The notes beneath the pieces were generated by a model, which was not told where the DNA came from, ran no database searches, and saw nothing but the letters and a program-made list of their open reading frames with translations. Both the position numbers and the translations under genes were made by a program. Of a stretch of DNA of 64,000 bases, positions 37,472 to 49,990 are shown one piece after another (within the stretch, counting starts at the first letter, position 1; the number at the start of each line of letters is the position of its first letter). The DNA is from Pseudogymnoascus verrucosus (taxonomy: Eukaryota): NCBI GenBank assembly GCA_001662655.1, contig KV460244.1. The stretch is one strand, 5' to 3'.

Positions 37472-39271
37472 TTACAGCCAGCTAATATTACGGTCATGAT
37501 AGCAGTATGGCACAGCAGGACTAGTCCACTTCGGAGTGGCCTTGCCATCACCAAGCCTAGCAACAGGTTTTAGCACTTTCTGGTTCCCCCACGGCCCTTG
37601 CTCGTCGAACCCTGTCATCAACGGCGAGTCCTCATTCAGATAGTCTGGAAGCCTTCTTTTCCACCCATCAATAACCTGGATCATAATCTCCGAGACAAAT
37701 TGATCGGGGGTAGATGGGACAAACCCGAACCATTCTGCTGTCTGACGAACAGTCTCAGGCGGGTACAAGCCAATCTCTTCTTCCAGCGCGATGGTATCCG
37801 CAGCAACTAGGGACGTCGTAACATGATATGATCCTCCTTTAAGTGCGCGCTCCTTGACTGCAATCATAGCTGCTAGGGCACCAACAAGGCCTGTAATCAT
37901 GTCAGATACTGGGAGAGGAGGGAGCACACTTTTCCCTTCTTCATGACTAAGTGATCTTCCCATGACATAGGAAGAGCCTGATGCGGCATCGCCAATCTGT
38001 TGCCAGCCAGGGCGTTCTGCAAATGTTCCATCGGGGCCGTAGCAGTTCTCATCCACGTATATGATTCCCTTGCTTCTCTTAGCTGCTAGTTCTAGCATCG
38101 CGTGGAGTCCGAGGCCCTGTCTCTCTAGCGATCCAGCGCGGAACCCCTGGATGAATATGTCGGCTTCCGCGAGCAGCTCTTGGATACGCGTCATATCCTC
38201 TTGTTTTGTGATGTCGAGATCGATGGTCCGTTTTCCAGCGTTGAGGGTGAGTTGCAAAACCTATAATGTGAGTGTCAGCCACCCATGTTTTTTTTTGTAT
38301 TCTAGGTGAAATTCAAAACTTACGTTGAGATCCGCCAGTCTGCTACAGTTCACTCTGATAACGTCCGCCCCATACGAAGCTAACGTAACACCAATTGTAG
38401 GGCCCGCGATGATACGCACCATCTCCAAGACTTTAATTCCCACTAAGGGTCTTCTATCAGAGCCAGCAGCCTTTAGCAACGGCACTTGTGGTGTAGGATT
38501 GGCGTACGACTCCTGTGTGACGTTGACCAAAGGGTGTTTAGCTAATCGCTTCCCGAACTCTGTTTTTCTCCACCCCTCTGGGGAATAGCAGATACTTCCG
38601 CATAGGCCATGGCGTAGATTATGCATTTCCAGCTCATCGGGGCTCCACTGGCAAACATGCTTTTGGATATAATCATAGTACTCCTTTGCCGAGCTAAAGG
38701 TGACCGAAGAGTCGATTCCCATAGACTCAAGCGTCTTGTTCGCATCTAGCGAGCCATGGAGTTGATACCAGACCCGTGGATCTTTCGTCTGGTAAATTGC
38801 CGTCGTCCTACCCGCAATACCTTTTCCAAACCCTTGCTCAAAATCCAGGTTAAAGAGGGTGGCCAGCTTTTGCGAGCGCGCAAGTGTCGAAATGTCGGAG
38901 CCGTTAATGTACGTGGTGAAAGTTGACGCGAGCCAAATAGCAGCATGATCAGTGTCGACCGTTACACGGCTCTCTTCCAGCGGCCTTCCATTACGGAGTT
39001 CGAGGATCTCATTGGCTACCAGACCGGCCATGGCGTGGAGGGCGGCAGCAACGACAGGGGATTTGATCGGCCCTGGAATCATTGGGTCTGGTCGACCTTC
39101 GAAGTGGACGGTGTTCCAAGCAGATCTGCTCTTTGTGAAGCATGGGGTCCGTGAGGCGAGGATCTCGAAGACGCGGCGGGCATCTTCCGGTACTGGGAGA
39201 ACGTTCTTGTCCATGAATGTCCCGGGGCCATATACATCGCAGCTGGGAATAGTTTCATGGGAATAGGCCAT
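37472..39271 (-). CDS. CoA-transferase family III (CaiB/BaiF-like), 2 exons
   Basis: MAYSHETIP...; RPLVGIKVLEMVRIIAGPTIGVTLASYGADVIRV; intron ~38323-38262; NAGKRTIDLDI, ADIFIQGFRAGSLERQG, NCYGPDGTFAERPGWQQIGDAASG. Confidence 0.92.
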
Positions 39272-39412
39272 ATTAATAGCTTGTATCTGCGCTTGTAAAC
39301 TATGTCCGTTTACTTCGAAGTTATTCGCAATGGTAATATCAATCAGAAGGGACAGAATAAAACATCTAAATACCAAACAGAACACAGACCTATTCGACCG
39401 CAAAAGTGAAGT

Positions 39413-39636
39413 GATACCATTAAAAGGTAGGCCCCGTCTTCTTATGTCCACGGCGCCTCGGGATAATTTCCCCGCGGCGAAACGATACGATCAAAAGGCA
39501 GGTCTCTTCTTGTTATTCCCACGGCGCCTCCGGGTGCTTTCCCCGCGGTCAAACAATATCATCAAAATGTAGACGTCGTTTCATTATGTCCACGGCGTCT
39601 CGGGATGCTTTCCCCACGGCCCACGGCCCACGGCCA
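39413..39636. repeat. Three tandem ~71-bp CGG/CCG-rich repeats in a divergent promoter
   Basis: Units ~39413-39483, 39484-39554, 39555-39625, each with CCACGGCG(C/T)CTC(C)GGG...TTTCCCC(G/A)CGG; followed by CCCACGG repeats. Confidence 0.85.
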
Positions 39637-39783
39637 AATGTATCGAATTCCGCGTCGTTCACCGAGCCGAGGCGCCATAAATCCACCATATATACTGTAG
39701 CACATCGACTCCCTAATATCTCACTCAATAATTCTTAGTTGAATTCAAAAGAAGTAACAATCTATAAATTGTAATTGACGAAA

Positions 39784-42003
39784 ATGCCACGCAATATCGG
39801 AACACATCCGTTGAGAGTGGCAAACTGTTCTGGTTATCATGGTCAGTTTGAGCAGCGCATGTCCTATACTATAGGCTCTAACTAGGTGATACTAGGCGAC
39901 CCAGCTTATGAAATGCATCGTCAAGCGACCCTAGGAGACGTCGACTTTATCACAGGCGATTACCTAGCAGGTATTTCCACTAGCTTAATCCTTCCTAATG
40001 GATTTTTATAAATCCATATTCCCGAAGCTAAGAAGAAACAGAGGTCAACCTAGCCAACAATGCGCAGTCCTGGAGAGCTGGGAAGCATCCCGGGTATGAA
40101 GAAACTGCCTGGGAGGGCCTGCAACTGACAATAGATGTGATTGCCAAGAAAGGAATCCGAGTGGTGATTAACGGCGGAGCGTTGGATCCCAAGGCACTCG
40201 CTATGAAAACGCAGGCTCTGGTATGTTAACTACCTCCTCACAACCCCCCCTTACGAAAGAAACTTGATGATTAAACACAGATTTTTCAAATTGATTAGGT
40301 CGCTGAGAAGCATCTTAATCTTAGTGTCGCGTATTTGTCAGGCGATGACTTATATCCCCGTGTTGGACCCAATATGCCCACCACCAAGGACGAACTACAG
40401 CACCTAGATTCGGGCAATCCCTTAGCAGCTCCCTCGGATCTGACGTTTGCTTTTCTCAACAACGCTAAAAATGCAGGCCCAACTCCGATGGTCTCTGCAC
40501 ACGCATATCTAGGCGCGCGCGGGATTGTAGATGGCCTAAGACGAGGCGCAGATATCATAATCTGCGGGCGTGTTTCGGATGCCAGCCCCGTCATCGCCGC
40601 AGCGTGGTTCTGGTATGACTGGGCCGAAACCGACTATACTCGACTTGCTGGTGCGCTGATTGCAGGGCATCTCATTGAATGCTCGGCGTATGTCACGGGA
40701 GGCAATTTTGCGGGTTTCGACAGGTACCCGTTGGATAGTCTTGTTGCGCCTGGATTTCCCATTGCGGAGATCTCGGATGATGGAACTTGCGTTATCACTA
40801 AGCACCTGGATACGGGGGGGATGGTTAATGTTGATACCGTTCGCTGCCAGCTTCTGTATGAGTTGCAGGGAAATGTCTATCTCAATAGCGACGTTAGTGC
40901 CTATATCGGTGACATAGTCGTCGAAGATGCTGGCACAGACCGGTATGTAATTGCAACCCCTAGACTCTATTAGTACTGACGGTGCTGTAGGGTGCGTGTG
41001 TCCAGAGTTCAAGGATCCCCACCACCCCCGACTACAAAGCTTGCAGTCTTCTACCAAGGGGGTTATGAGGCTGAAATCCTTCTTAATGCGACCGGCTATT
41101 CCACAGCCAAGAAGTGGGATCTGCTCGAAAAGCAGATGCGCCATTTTATTCCCAAGGCTATCGCAGCGGATCTCGAAACTCTCGAGTTCCAAAGGTAACA
41201 GATGTCATAACCCGATTCATCGATGCCTATTACTGATCACAATTTTCACCTCAGAATCGGAGTACCGAGTCCAAATCCCTCCTGTCAAACAGAGAGTACG
41301 TCCTATCTCCGCATTTTCATCGCATCTCGCTCCGAGAAATCCGTGGCAGCTGTAGCGATGGCCATAAAAGATATATCCCTAAAGCACTTTTCCGGTATGT
41401 CTGATTCCGCCCCATCTTACGAAATAATAGCTGACCAATGTCAACCTTACAGGCTTTCACGCCTCTCTAGATACCCGTACTGCGGTCCCAAGACCTTTCC
41501 TCGCCTTCTATCCCGCGGTGACTAAACAGTCCGACCTCAACGAGACAATCAACCTCATCGACGACCAAAACACGATCCGCTCCTTCAACACCGGCAACCC
41601 GCCGCAATACGAGGCGCTCAAGCCTCGAGATAGCTACGACCCTCCAGACACGGAACTATTCAATGGCCCCACCAAAGATATCCGTCTAGGGGACGTCGCG
41701 CTCGCCCGCTCCGGCGACAAAGGGGGAAACCTCAATTTCGGGATCTTCGTCACGGACGAAGCATACTGGCCATGGCTGCGGTCCTACATGACCATCGACC
41801 GCATGCGCGCACTGATGGGTACAGACTGGCAGGACTCGTTCTGCATAGAGCGTGTGGAGTTTGCGAATATGCAGGCGGTGCATTTTGTGATATATGGGAT
41901 CTTGGGGAGGGGGGTGAGCAGCTCGAGTCGGCTGGATGGGTTTGGGAAGGGGTTTGCGGATTATATTCGGGATAAGGTGATTCAATTTCCTGTTGATATA
42001 TAG
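39784..42003 (+). CDS. AtuA-like / DUF1446 acyclic terpene utilization family protein, multi-exon
   Basis: MPRNIGTHPLRVANCSGYHG^DP...VDFITGDYLA^EVNLA; AYLGARGIVDGLRRGADIIICGRVSDAS; AGALIAGHLIECSAYVTGGNF; C-terminal ARSGDKGGNLNFG and LGRGVSSSSRLDGFGKGFADYIR. Confidence 0.92.
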
Positions 42004-42570
42004 CAGTGTTCCCCAAAATAGTAAGAGTATTTGTGGTTTTCGAATAGTATTCGGCGATGAGCAGTATTCAGGCCATATTTGGAGTATTCGGCGAGTATTT
42101 GCCTAGATCTCGAATAGTATTCAGGCCCTCGAGTCCTTAGCGCTAAGATGCCAAGCTACGAAGATTTTACCCCGCCCTTATAGATAGATCTATAGAAATA
42201 GATCTATAGATACTATATTACTTAATATTTCTACTAAAATGAGCAACTCTAAGCTATTAGCGATTCTAAGTAACGAAGATGAGGATATATAGCGCCTACT
42301 ACCCCTTTTTCTAGAGTCTTCGCTGTTAATAGCTCTACTATTAGTATAAATACAACTACAACTCCTAAATACTTAGTTACTGTTGTTCTTAAAGAATGTA
42401 TTTAGTAGAACATTGTTAAGCACTAGCCCTACAACAATAAAGATTGTCTACATATAAGATAGCTGTAATTATAGGCTAAAGCTAAAGCTTTTAACATAGA
42501 ATATTACAAGTAATTTATAGAGGCATGTTAAGAGCATGCACCCTTTATTATATAAAGCTATAAAACTAGG
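42004..42570 (+). mobile_element. hAT-like DNA transposon terminus with RIP-degenerated 5' transposase remnant
   Basis: Starts CAGTGTTCCCC immediately after the AtuA-like stop; subterminal (A)GTATT(C) repeats 42020-42125; stop-riddled AT-rich sequence follows. Confidence 0.55.
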
Positions 42571-42579
42571 ATCTTATAA

Positions 42580-43993
42580 GGCAGTCCTTACGTAATGGCA
42601 CGTAAGGTGCTATGCTAAAGGCAGCCCTATAGTAGAGCTGTTATTTAGGTATAGCCTAGTTATTAGGGTTTATAGGATAGGAAGATATATTAGGGGCTAG
42701 AGCCTTAGTAGAGGACTCTAGTTAATAGTTGCTATATCTACATAGACCTATTATGCTTACTAAATACAATACCCTTCCTGCCTCCTAACCTAGTTCCCTA
42801 GACTCCTATAAGACACTAGGCTTACGCTTTACAATTCTATTAACTTAACCTATATTTAGCCTACTAGATTAGGATAGCAAGCTAGGAAAAGAGGGTTACC
42901 TACACGACCTCTAGAGGGGCTACGCTAGCAGCAGAAGTTATCGAAACCAGCCCTATAGCCTAGGGTCCTACTATAAGCAACGTAGCTATAAATAAAGCAG
43001 GTAGTATAGCTTCTAAGCTAGCTGCCCTTAGGAAGAGGATTAACAAGGAAAGGGCCTACTTCGCTACTATAGAAGAAGCTCTTTAGATATTCTGCTAATT
43101 GCATAGCAAGGACTACACTGCCTACCTAGAAGACATAAGAGCCTTTATAGAAAGGCGAGCCTATATCTAGGCTAAGAGCTGCTAGAAAAGGCAATACTAA
43201 GACAGCAACAAAGAAGGTTAAAGCCCTTAAAGAGAGGTAGACTAGGTAACGACTCCTATAGTATTAGAGGAAGTAGCCCCTATCCTACCTATACAATCGT
43301 TTAAGAAGGTTAAGGACCTAAAGGTCTATAAGGGCAATTTAGCTAAGGAGCTTAGCGAGTTCATAGCCTTAATCTACACCTCCTTCTAATACTAACCTAG
43401 GATGTTTCTAAGGTTAGTATTAGAAGGAGGTGTAGGGTTTTATAATAGGAGGTAAGCTAGAATAAGCCTTAGAAAAGTATCTAAAGAAGGCTAAGAACCT
43501 AGAAGGTTAGGCGCTTAGTATAAGGTTATATAAGGAAAGTAGAAGGAAGCATAGAAGGTAAAGTTAGGCGTAACGTGCTATAATAATAGGGGGTGGCTAT
43601 AGCAACCTACAACTTAAGGGGGTTATAAGACCTAACCCCTAACTGTGATTATAACAACTACTACCTATATAGGAATTAAGGGGGCGCTAGCCCTACCCTA
43701 TATAGCACCTAAGAATTAGGGCTTAATGGCCGTTACATAGGGTAAGGGTTAGGTGGCAGAAGCGTAAGTCTTGTTGCTTAATTAGGTAGGCAGTAGCAGT
43801 AGCAGTAGCACGTGTACTACTACTAAACCTAATTAGGATTATTTCTACATTTAAGCGAGGCGTAATACCTAATTAGGATTGTTATGATGTACTAACCCTA
43901 ATTTAGATTATTACAACGTGCTAATACTAATTTAGATTATTACAACTATACATACTTCTAGTGCTAACACTAGTGCCACCGCTAGTGCCACTG
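42580..43993 (+). mobile_element. RIP-degenerated retroelement relic(s), gag-like
   Basis: Stop-riddled, TA-rich; ~43300 reads KKVKD(L)KVYKGN(L)AKELSEF, resembling fungal retrotransposon gag. Confidence 0.45.
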
Positions 43994-44475
43994 TGTAACG
44001 CTAGGTCTTAAACTATAAGACTCATAGAGGTTTCGTTGCGTTGGTTTACTTAACAGAGGAGGCAGGGGATCAGACACAAGGCTTTCGTAAAACACGTTAC
44101 AGTATATAACAAATACTATATTGAGTTGAGCACGAGGCTCCTATCTAAGAACTAACTATCTACTTATATAGTGGCGTCGTGCTAAAGGGAATAGTTGGAA
44201 TAGCAAACTCCTTTGCTATTCTTGCTATTCCTGCTATTCCATCACGTGGGCTATTCTCTTTCCGGTACCTGTGATTCTTCTGGTACCTGTCCATCCGGTA
44301 CCTCCTAATCCTTAGGTGCCTGACTGTCTTCCGGTACCTGTAAACCCTGGTGCCGGACACTCCTTAGGTGCCTGATAACTGACCCTGCCCTAAGGGCGGT
44401 CAAATCGCTAACATCCTTATTACTACTATACTCGGGGTGTCGGCGATAGTGCTGCCGAAAACCCTAGCCGTAACA
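43994..44475 (-). repeat. 3' LTR (482 bp) of the gypsy element, with internal CCGGTACCTG-like repeats
   Basis: TG...CA termini; similar to 49794-49990 and 50830-51348; purine-rich tract adjacent on the minus strand (44476-44495). Confidence 0.9.
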
Positions 44476-44588
44476 CTAGGTCCCTCCCTAAGAGGCCTAG
44501 TCCCTAGGACTCGCTGACTAAGAAAGTTGCTAACTACTTAAGTGGGGTGATGCCCACTACTATCCATGGGGCAGGTCAGGCTGCGACC

Positions 44589-45143
44589 ATGTCTTCCTCC
44601 AAACATACTAAAATCAAAGAACGTAAACTTCTTGCTGACCGAATAACCCGCGAAGGGGTCGAAATGCCTTCCTGTTCCCGTTGCGAGAAGCGAGGTCTCT
44701 GCTGCCTTGCTTCTGCTGCATCCAAACGATGTAACGAATGTGTTCGCTCGAATTCCTGGAACTGCGACGTTTCTAGGCCCTCCGCTAGTGACTAGCAGTC
44801 GCTGCAGAAGGAAGAGGATCGTCTTCGTCTAGAAACCCGCATGACTCGCGAAGCTGTGGCAACAGCCATGGCTCGTCTCAACCGCCTCGAACAGCAACAG
44901 GATCTCCTTAAGACCCGTGGTGCTAAGATGCTCCGCCGCGGTCTAAAGACCCTCGACGAGCTAGAGGAGGTAGAGGAACGCGAGCGGCACGAGGCCGAAG
45001 CCCATGCTCACCTCGCTAGTCCCTCTGTAACTAACCCTAGGAGCGCCGTCCCTAAGCACGACTACTTGTCGGCCCTTTCTCCTGGTTTCTTCGAACGTTA
45101 GGGTGTCGACGGTGGAACTCCGCTAGCAACTCTAAGCAGCTGA
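44589..45143 (+). pseudogene. Antisense accessory ORF of the retrotransposon: Cys6 motif plus coiled coil
   Basis: ORFs 44547-44795 and 44841-45101 share a frame, split by TAG (likely RIP-mutated TGG); CSRCEKRGLCC...KRCNECVRSNSWNC, then a heptad-rich helix. Confidence 0.7.
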
Positions 45144-48100
45144 GGTTCCCCCTCAACTCCCACGAGTTATCCGTAGGTTCGTAACCTTTCCATTTAATCA
45201 AAAACTCTTCTCGGCGTCCTACTAACCTTCTGTCTAGGATCGCCTTAACCTCATATTCGATGATCTCATTCTCAGGTTGGAGTTCGGTGTTGGTTGCAAT
45301 CGGGGCGTTCCCTCTTGCTGGTTCTAATAATGAGACATGAAACACTAGGTGGAGTCTAGAGTTCTTGGGTAGCTGTAGCTTGTAATTAACTAAGCTGACT
45401 TTTTCTAACATCTTGAATGGTCCCAATTTCTTAAAGTCCAACTTCGTGCTTAGTCGTTTCGTTTTGATGTGTTTTCGGAGTAGGTATACTTTATCCCCCT
45501 CCTCGAAGGCAGGTTCCATACTGCGCTTCCTGTTTGCATATGCGGCGGATCGTTCATTTAAGAATTGGATGTCCGTCGCAAGTTGTTCGTAGAACGATTT
45601 CAGTTGTTCCACCACGATTAGGGCTTGTTCGGCTTGTGCTTCGTCCGGTCTTAGTTGTCTATATGCTTCTAGCTAGTAGCCGTAATTAGCAAAGAACGGT
45701 GAAACTTTCGTTGCTTCCGCCATCGCGCTGTTATATGCGAACTGTGCGATGGGTAAAATCTAAACCTAATTATCCTGTTGATGATTGACATAACTTCGTA
45801 GGTACTGTTCAAGGGTTTGATTTAATCTTTCTGTTTAGCCGTCTGTCTAGGGGTGGAAAGCTGTTGATAGCTTGTGATTTGTTCCTAGCAGGGCTATTAA
45901 CGATTTCTAGAATTTCGAAGTGAAGAGCTTGTCTCTGTCCGAGATAATTTCTTCTAGCATCCCGTGATCGGCTAATATGACTCGAATGAAGGTATACGCG
46001 AGCGCCTCAGCGTCGCTGGCTTCTAGATATGGTACGAATTTCCCATACTTCGTAAGTCTTTCCGTTATAACGAGGATAGAGTCGTATTCTACTCCTGTTA
46101 ACGGGTCTTTAGAGGGTGGTAGCTTGACGATGAAGTCTAAAGCTATTGATTTCCACGCTCCTTTTGGTACTAGTGTTAACTTGAGTTGTCCGTAAGGTAA
46201 GTGCCTATTAGATTTTGACTTGCTGTAAATGTCGCACTCTCTTACCACTGTTTCTACCTGCTTCCTCATACCTAGGAAGTAGTAGTGTCTAGTGATTCGT
46301 TCGAAGGTTCGTGTTACTCCCTAATGACCGTGTGCTGGCAACGAGTGTTGTTCTTGCACTAGCGGGCGTCTCATTTAACTTAGGACATACACTAATCCTT
46401 TGTAACGGATCAATCCTTGTTCGTCGATGGCGAAGTCGCCTTCGACTTTGGTCAAGACTCTCTTTACGCATTCGTCTGTCGCATAAGATTTCTTAAGTCT
46501 TGCCTCGAGTTCTGTGTCTTCGACGATGGAGATCGTCGCTAGTAACTCGTTGTACTGTATTCCTGCGTCTGTTTTCTTTAATATTGCTCTAGGTCTTTCT
46601 TCCTTCGGGCCGATGTAGTCGGTCCGCCTACTAAGAGCGTCTGCTCTTGCATTCTCAGAGCCCTTGCGATAGGTTATCGTGAAGTTGTAGGCTGCGAGGG
46701 TTTCTGCCTAGCGGACTTGTCTACAGTTTAAAACCTTGGTCGTGGTGAAGTATATGAGGTTCTTGTGATCCGTCTACACTTACACAGTGTGGGTGGATCC
46801 CTCAAGATATACGCGCTACTGCTTAAAGGCAACGACAATAGCCAGTAGCTCCTTGTCGTAGATGTCATAGTTGAGCTCCGCGGGTGACAGTTTCCTAGAG
46901 TAGTACGCGATAGGTTTAAACTTACCGTTCTCGTCTGGCTGATTCAGACATGCTCTAATCGCGAAATCAGAAGCGTCTGTCTTAAGGACGATCTTCTTTG
47001 CAGGGTCAAATGTCGCAAGGATGGGTGCCTCCGTGAACTTCGTCTTAAGTTCCTAGAAGGCAGTTTCTGCCTTGTCTGTCCATTTGAACGCGAGGTCCTT
47101 CCTAGTGAGCTCCGTGAGCGGTTGGGCTACCTTGGAATATCCCGCAATGAACCGACGGTAGAAGTTAGCGAAGCCCAAAAAGGCTTGCACTTCCTTGACC
47201 GTGGTTGGTGTTGGCCATTCCAACACTGCTGTGACCTTTGCCTAGTCCATCTTGATGCCGTGCGTTCCGATAATGTAGCCTAAGAATTCAACTTTGCTTT
47301 TATGGAACTCACATTTCTCTAGCTTTAACAGTAGGTTGTATTCCTTCAGCTTCTAGAGGACAAGTTAGACATGCCTAGTGTGTTCGTCCTTGTTTGCTAA
47401 GTATACTAGTATATTGTCTAAGTAAACAATGGTAAATATGTCTAGATACTTATGTAAAGCATTATTTATTAAGTGTTGTATAGATATAGGGGCGTTAGTT
47501 AGCCTAAAGGGCATAACTTAATATTTAAATAAGCTATAGTAAGTGTAGAATGCTGTTTTCTACTCCTTACCGTTAGCTATCTAGATTAGGTTATACGCTC
47601 TGTGTAGATCTAGCTTAGTAAAGATCTTAGCTCCTTAAAACCTTACATGTCTACTACTTTCTTTGTTATAAAGTTGCCTATTGCTCCTAAGTCAATCATT
47701 GCTTAAAGGTGTTGTTGTTGTATCTTAGTAACTATATATAGCTATATGCTGCCTTCTATAGCACATAGTTGTTTTATACTAGGCCTATTCTTATTGCTTG
47801 TTAGTAGCCTACTGTTAAGGACTCCTAGTTTTTTAACTTATTATTGCTTAATAACCCTAGTGAGGATAACCCTTCCTATTTAGGTCTCCCGTTTAGTAGG
47901 TGTAGGTAGTTTTCCCACATCTACATTACTTTAGTAGATGTTCCTCCTCCCTACTCTGCTGCTTTATCTAGTAGGTGTAAGTAATCTATATATAATTGTT
48001 CTTTCTTTAAAGGTAATTCCCCTTTAGACTAGCTTTGTCTAAGGGCGTAAACTTATTCTATGTCTTTAAAGTAGACCTAAGGTAAGTGTTAGGGAAATAG

Positions 48101-49990
48101 TTAATACTAGGTTTTCTTCTATAGGTGGCTTTTATAGTTATTAACACTATAGTGTTCCTAATATATATATAGGTGCTAGGGGTAATTAGTCCTTGTTATG
48201 TCTATTGTTGTTCATTTCTATTCCTATGTTTCTTCCTTTGTCTTATCTATAAGCTTAGAGTCTTTTATAGCCTTACATAGTCTTTCTATGTCCCTATCTA
48301 TAAGTTTGTAGTCTATAACAGCTTAGTCTGCTCACAGCTCCTAGGGTTTAGGTCCCTTAGCGTTCTTCTACTACTTGTCTTGCGCATTATATTCTATAAG
48401 CTTATATTTTAACTACATAGTGGCTTTACTTAAGGTGTAGTTTACTCCTTATAGCTCCTACCTCTATAGATACCTAGGGCAACACCTCATTGCGTAGACT
48501 GTAATTTCCTAGTCTTATAGGGTGCCCTGCTATCTAATTAGGGGTGGCAGCATAGGAATTGCTTAAGGGGTCCCTCCTTAGAGCATACTTTGTCTATAGA
48601 TGTCTACTACTCCTAGTAGGTTCTCCCTAAATGCAATCTTCTTTGCATCTTCTTTAAACTCTTTTAACCTAAGCTTCTAGTCCTTAGTAAGTTCTCTTTC
48701 GTAGGGTTTATATTCCTCTTCGCTAGAATTCTTGCCTTCTAGGGTACTATTGCTATTAATTCCCTAATTAGGTTTGTTTATAAACGTAGTGTTTAACTGT
48801 CCCTTCTAGGTGGCGTTAAGTTGTTTACTAGGCTAACGTCTACCATTTCCCTTCTTAGGTTGCTTGTAGTCCCTAGCTATATAGCCTAGTTTGTTATAAT
48901 TAAAACAAAGTTGTTCCTTAAACTGTCTATCCTTTTTTAGGTTATAGGGCTGTCTAGGCTTAAACGTAGCATTAAGTTCCATTAGGTCTAACTAACAGTT
49001 GTCTTATAAGTGTTAATCCTGTCGTCTACCTTTGTTCCCTTAGTAGGGGTAGCTTTTCTTAGGTTTGTTATAGGTCTGTTGTTCCTTCTAGAACTTATAA
49101 AGTCGATTGTTGATTTAAACTATGTGTTTAATTAGCGCTACTATGTCTATTGGTTGTTGTTCTAAACAGGCAAGTTCCATTTGTATCTAGCTCTTTAGTC
49201 TACGTTAGTAGTAGCTAATAAGTGTAGTAGCGTCCTAACCTATCTAATTGCTATATCTCTAGAATTCTATAGAGTACGTAAGGGCGCTACTAGTCTGTTT
49301 AAGCGCAAACAGGTGGTCTTCTATAGTTTTGATCTCATTAATGTCTCTAAACATACGTTAGATCTCCTTATAGAATCCTTTCTAGCTACTAAACATAGTT
49401 TAGGTAGCTGCTATGCTTCCGTTAGTACTTTTGTATTAGAAGTAGTCCTTAAGGAAGGGTTTAATCTATTAAAGGGCCTCTCCTTAAAGGTAGGACAAAG
49501 TCTATAGGGCATAGCTTTCTTATGTAGGAAACTTGTTATTATTAAAGTGCTAGTATAGTTCAACCTATAGTAGGAACACTTTAAGTTCCTTTTAATTGCT
49601 AGAATAGGTGTTAGGGAGCTTAACATACAAGGCCTCCCTAAGTTCTAATATTGTAAGTGCATTAGGCATCTCCTTATTCTTAGGTTTAAACCTCTAAGAC
49701 AAAGTTAGCGTAGTGGGGGTCTTCCCCTTTAAACTAATAATAGACATGTTGTTTTGTGTATAAGCTAGTACCTTATAGAAGTGGTGCTTAAAGTGTAACG
49801 CTAGGTCTTAAACTATAAGACTTATAGAGGTTTTGTTACGTTGGTTTACTTAACAGAGGAGGTAGAGGATTAGACACAAAGACTTTTATAAAACACATTA
49901 TAGTATATAACAAATACTATATTAAGTTGAGCACGAAGCTCCTATCTAAGAACTAACTATCTACTTATATAGTAGCGTTGTACTAAAGGA

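Larger units (their letters stand above)
43994..49990 (-). mobile_element. Ty3/gypsy chromovirus LTR retrotransposon, RIP-inactivated
   Basis: LTR 43994-44475 (TGTAAC...GTAACA) and truncated matching LTR from 49794; minus strand gag with CCHC knuckle (~48870-48910), protease AMID(L)GA (~47700), RT VYLDNILVY (~47410), RNase H TDASDFAI/NYDIYDKELLAIV, integrase WKSIALDFIVKLP/IISDRDKLFTSKF, GPF motif and chromodomain YEVKAILDRR...FLIKWKGY; many TAG/TAA stops. Confidence 0.95.

Noticed and set aside
42020..42125. Short repeated AGTATT(C) units with spacers, superficially CRISPR-like
   Set aside because: Repeats too short and irregular, eukaryotic context, no cas genes; fits transposon subterminal repeats
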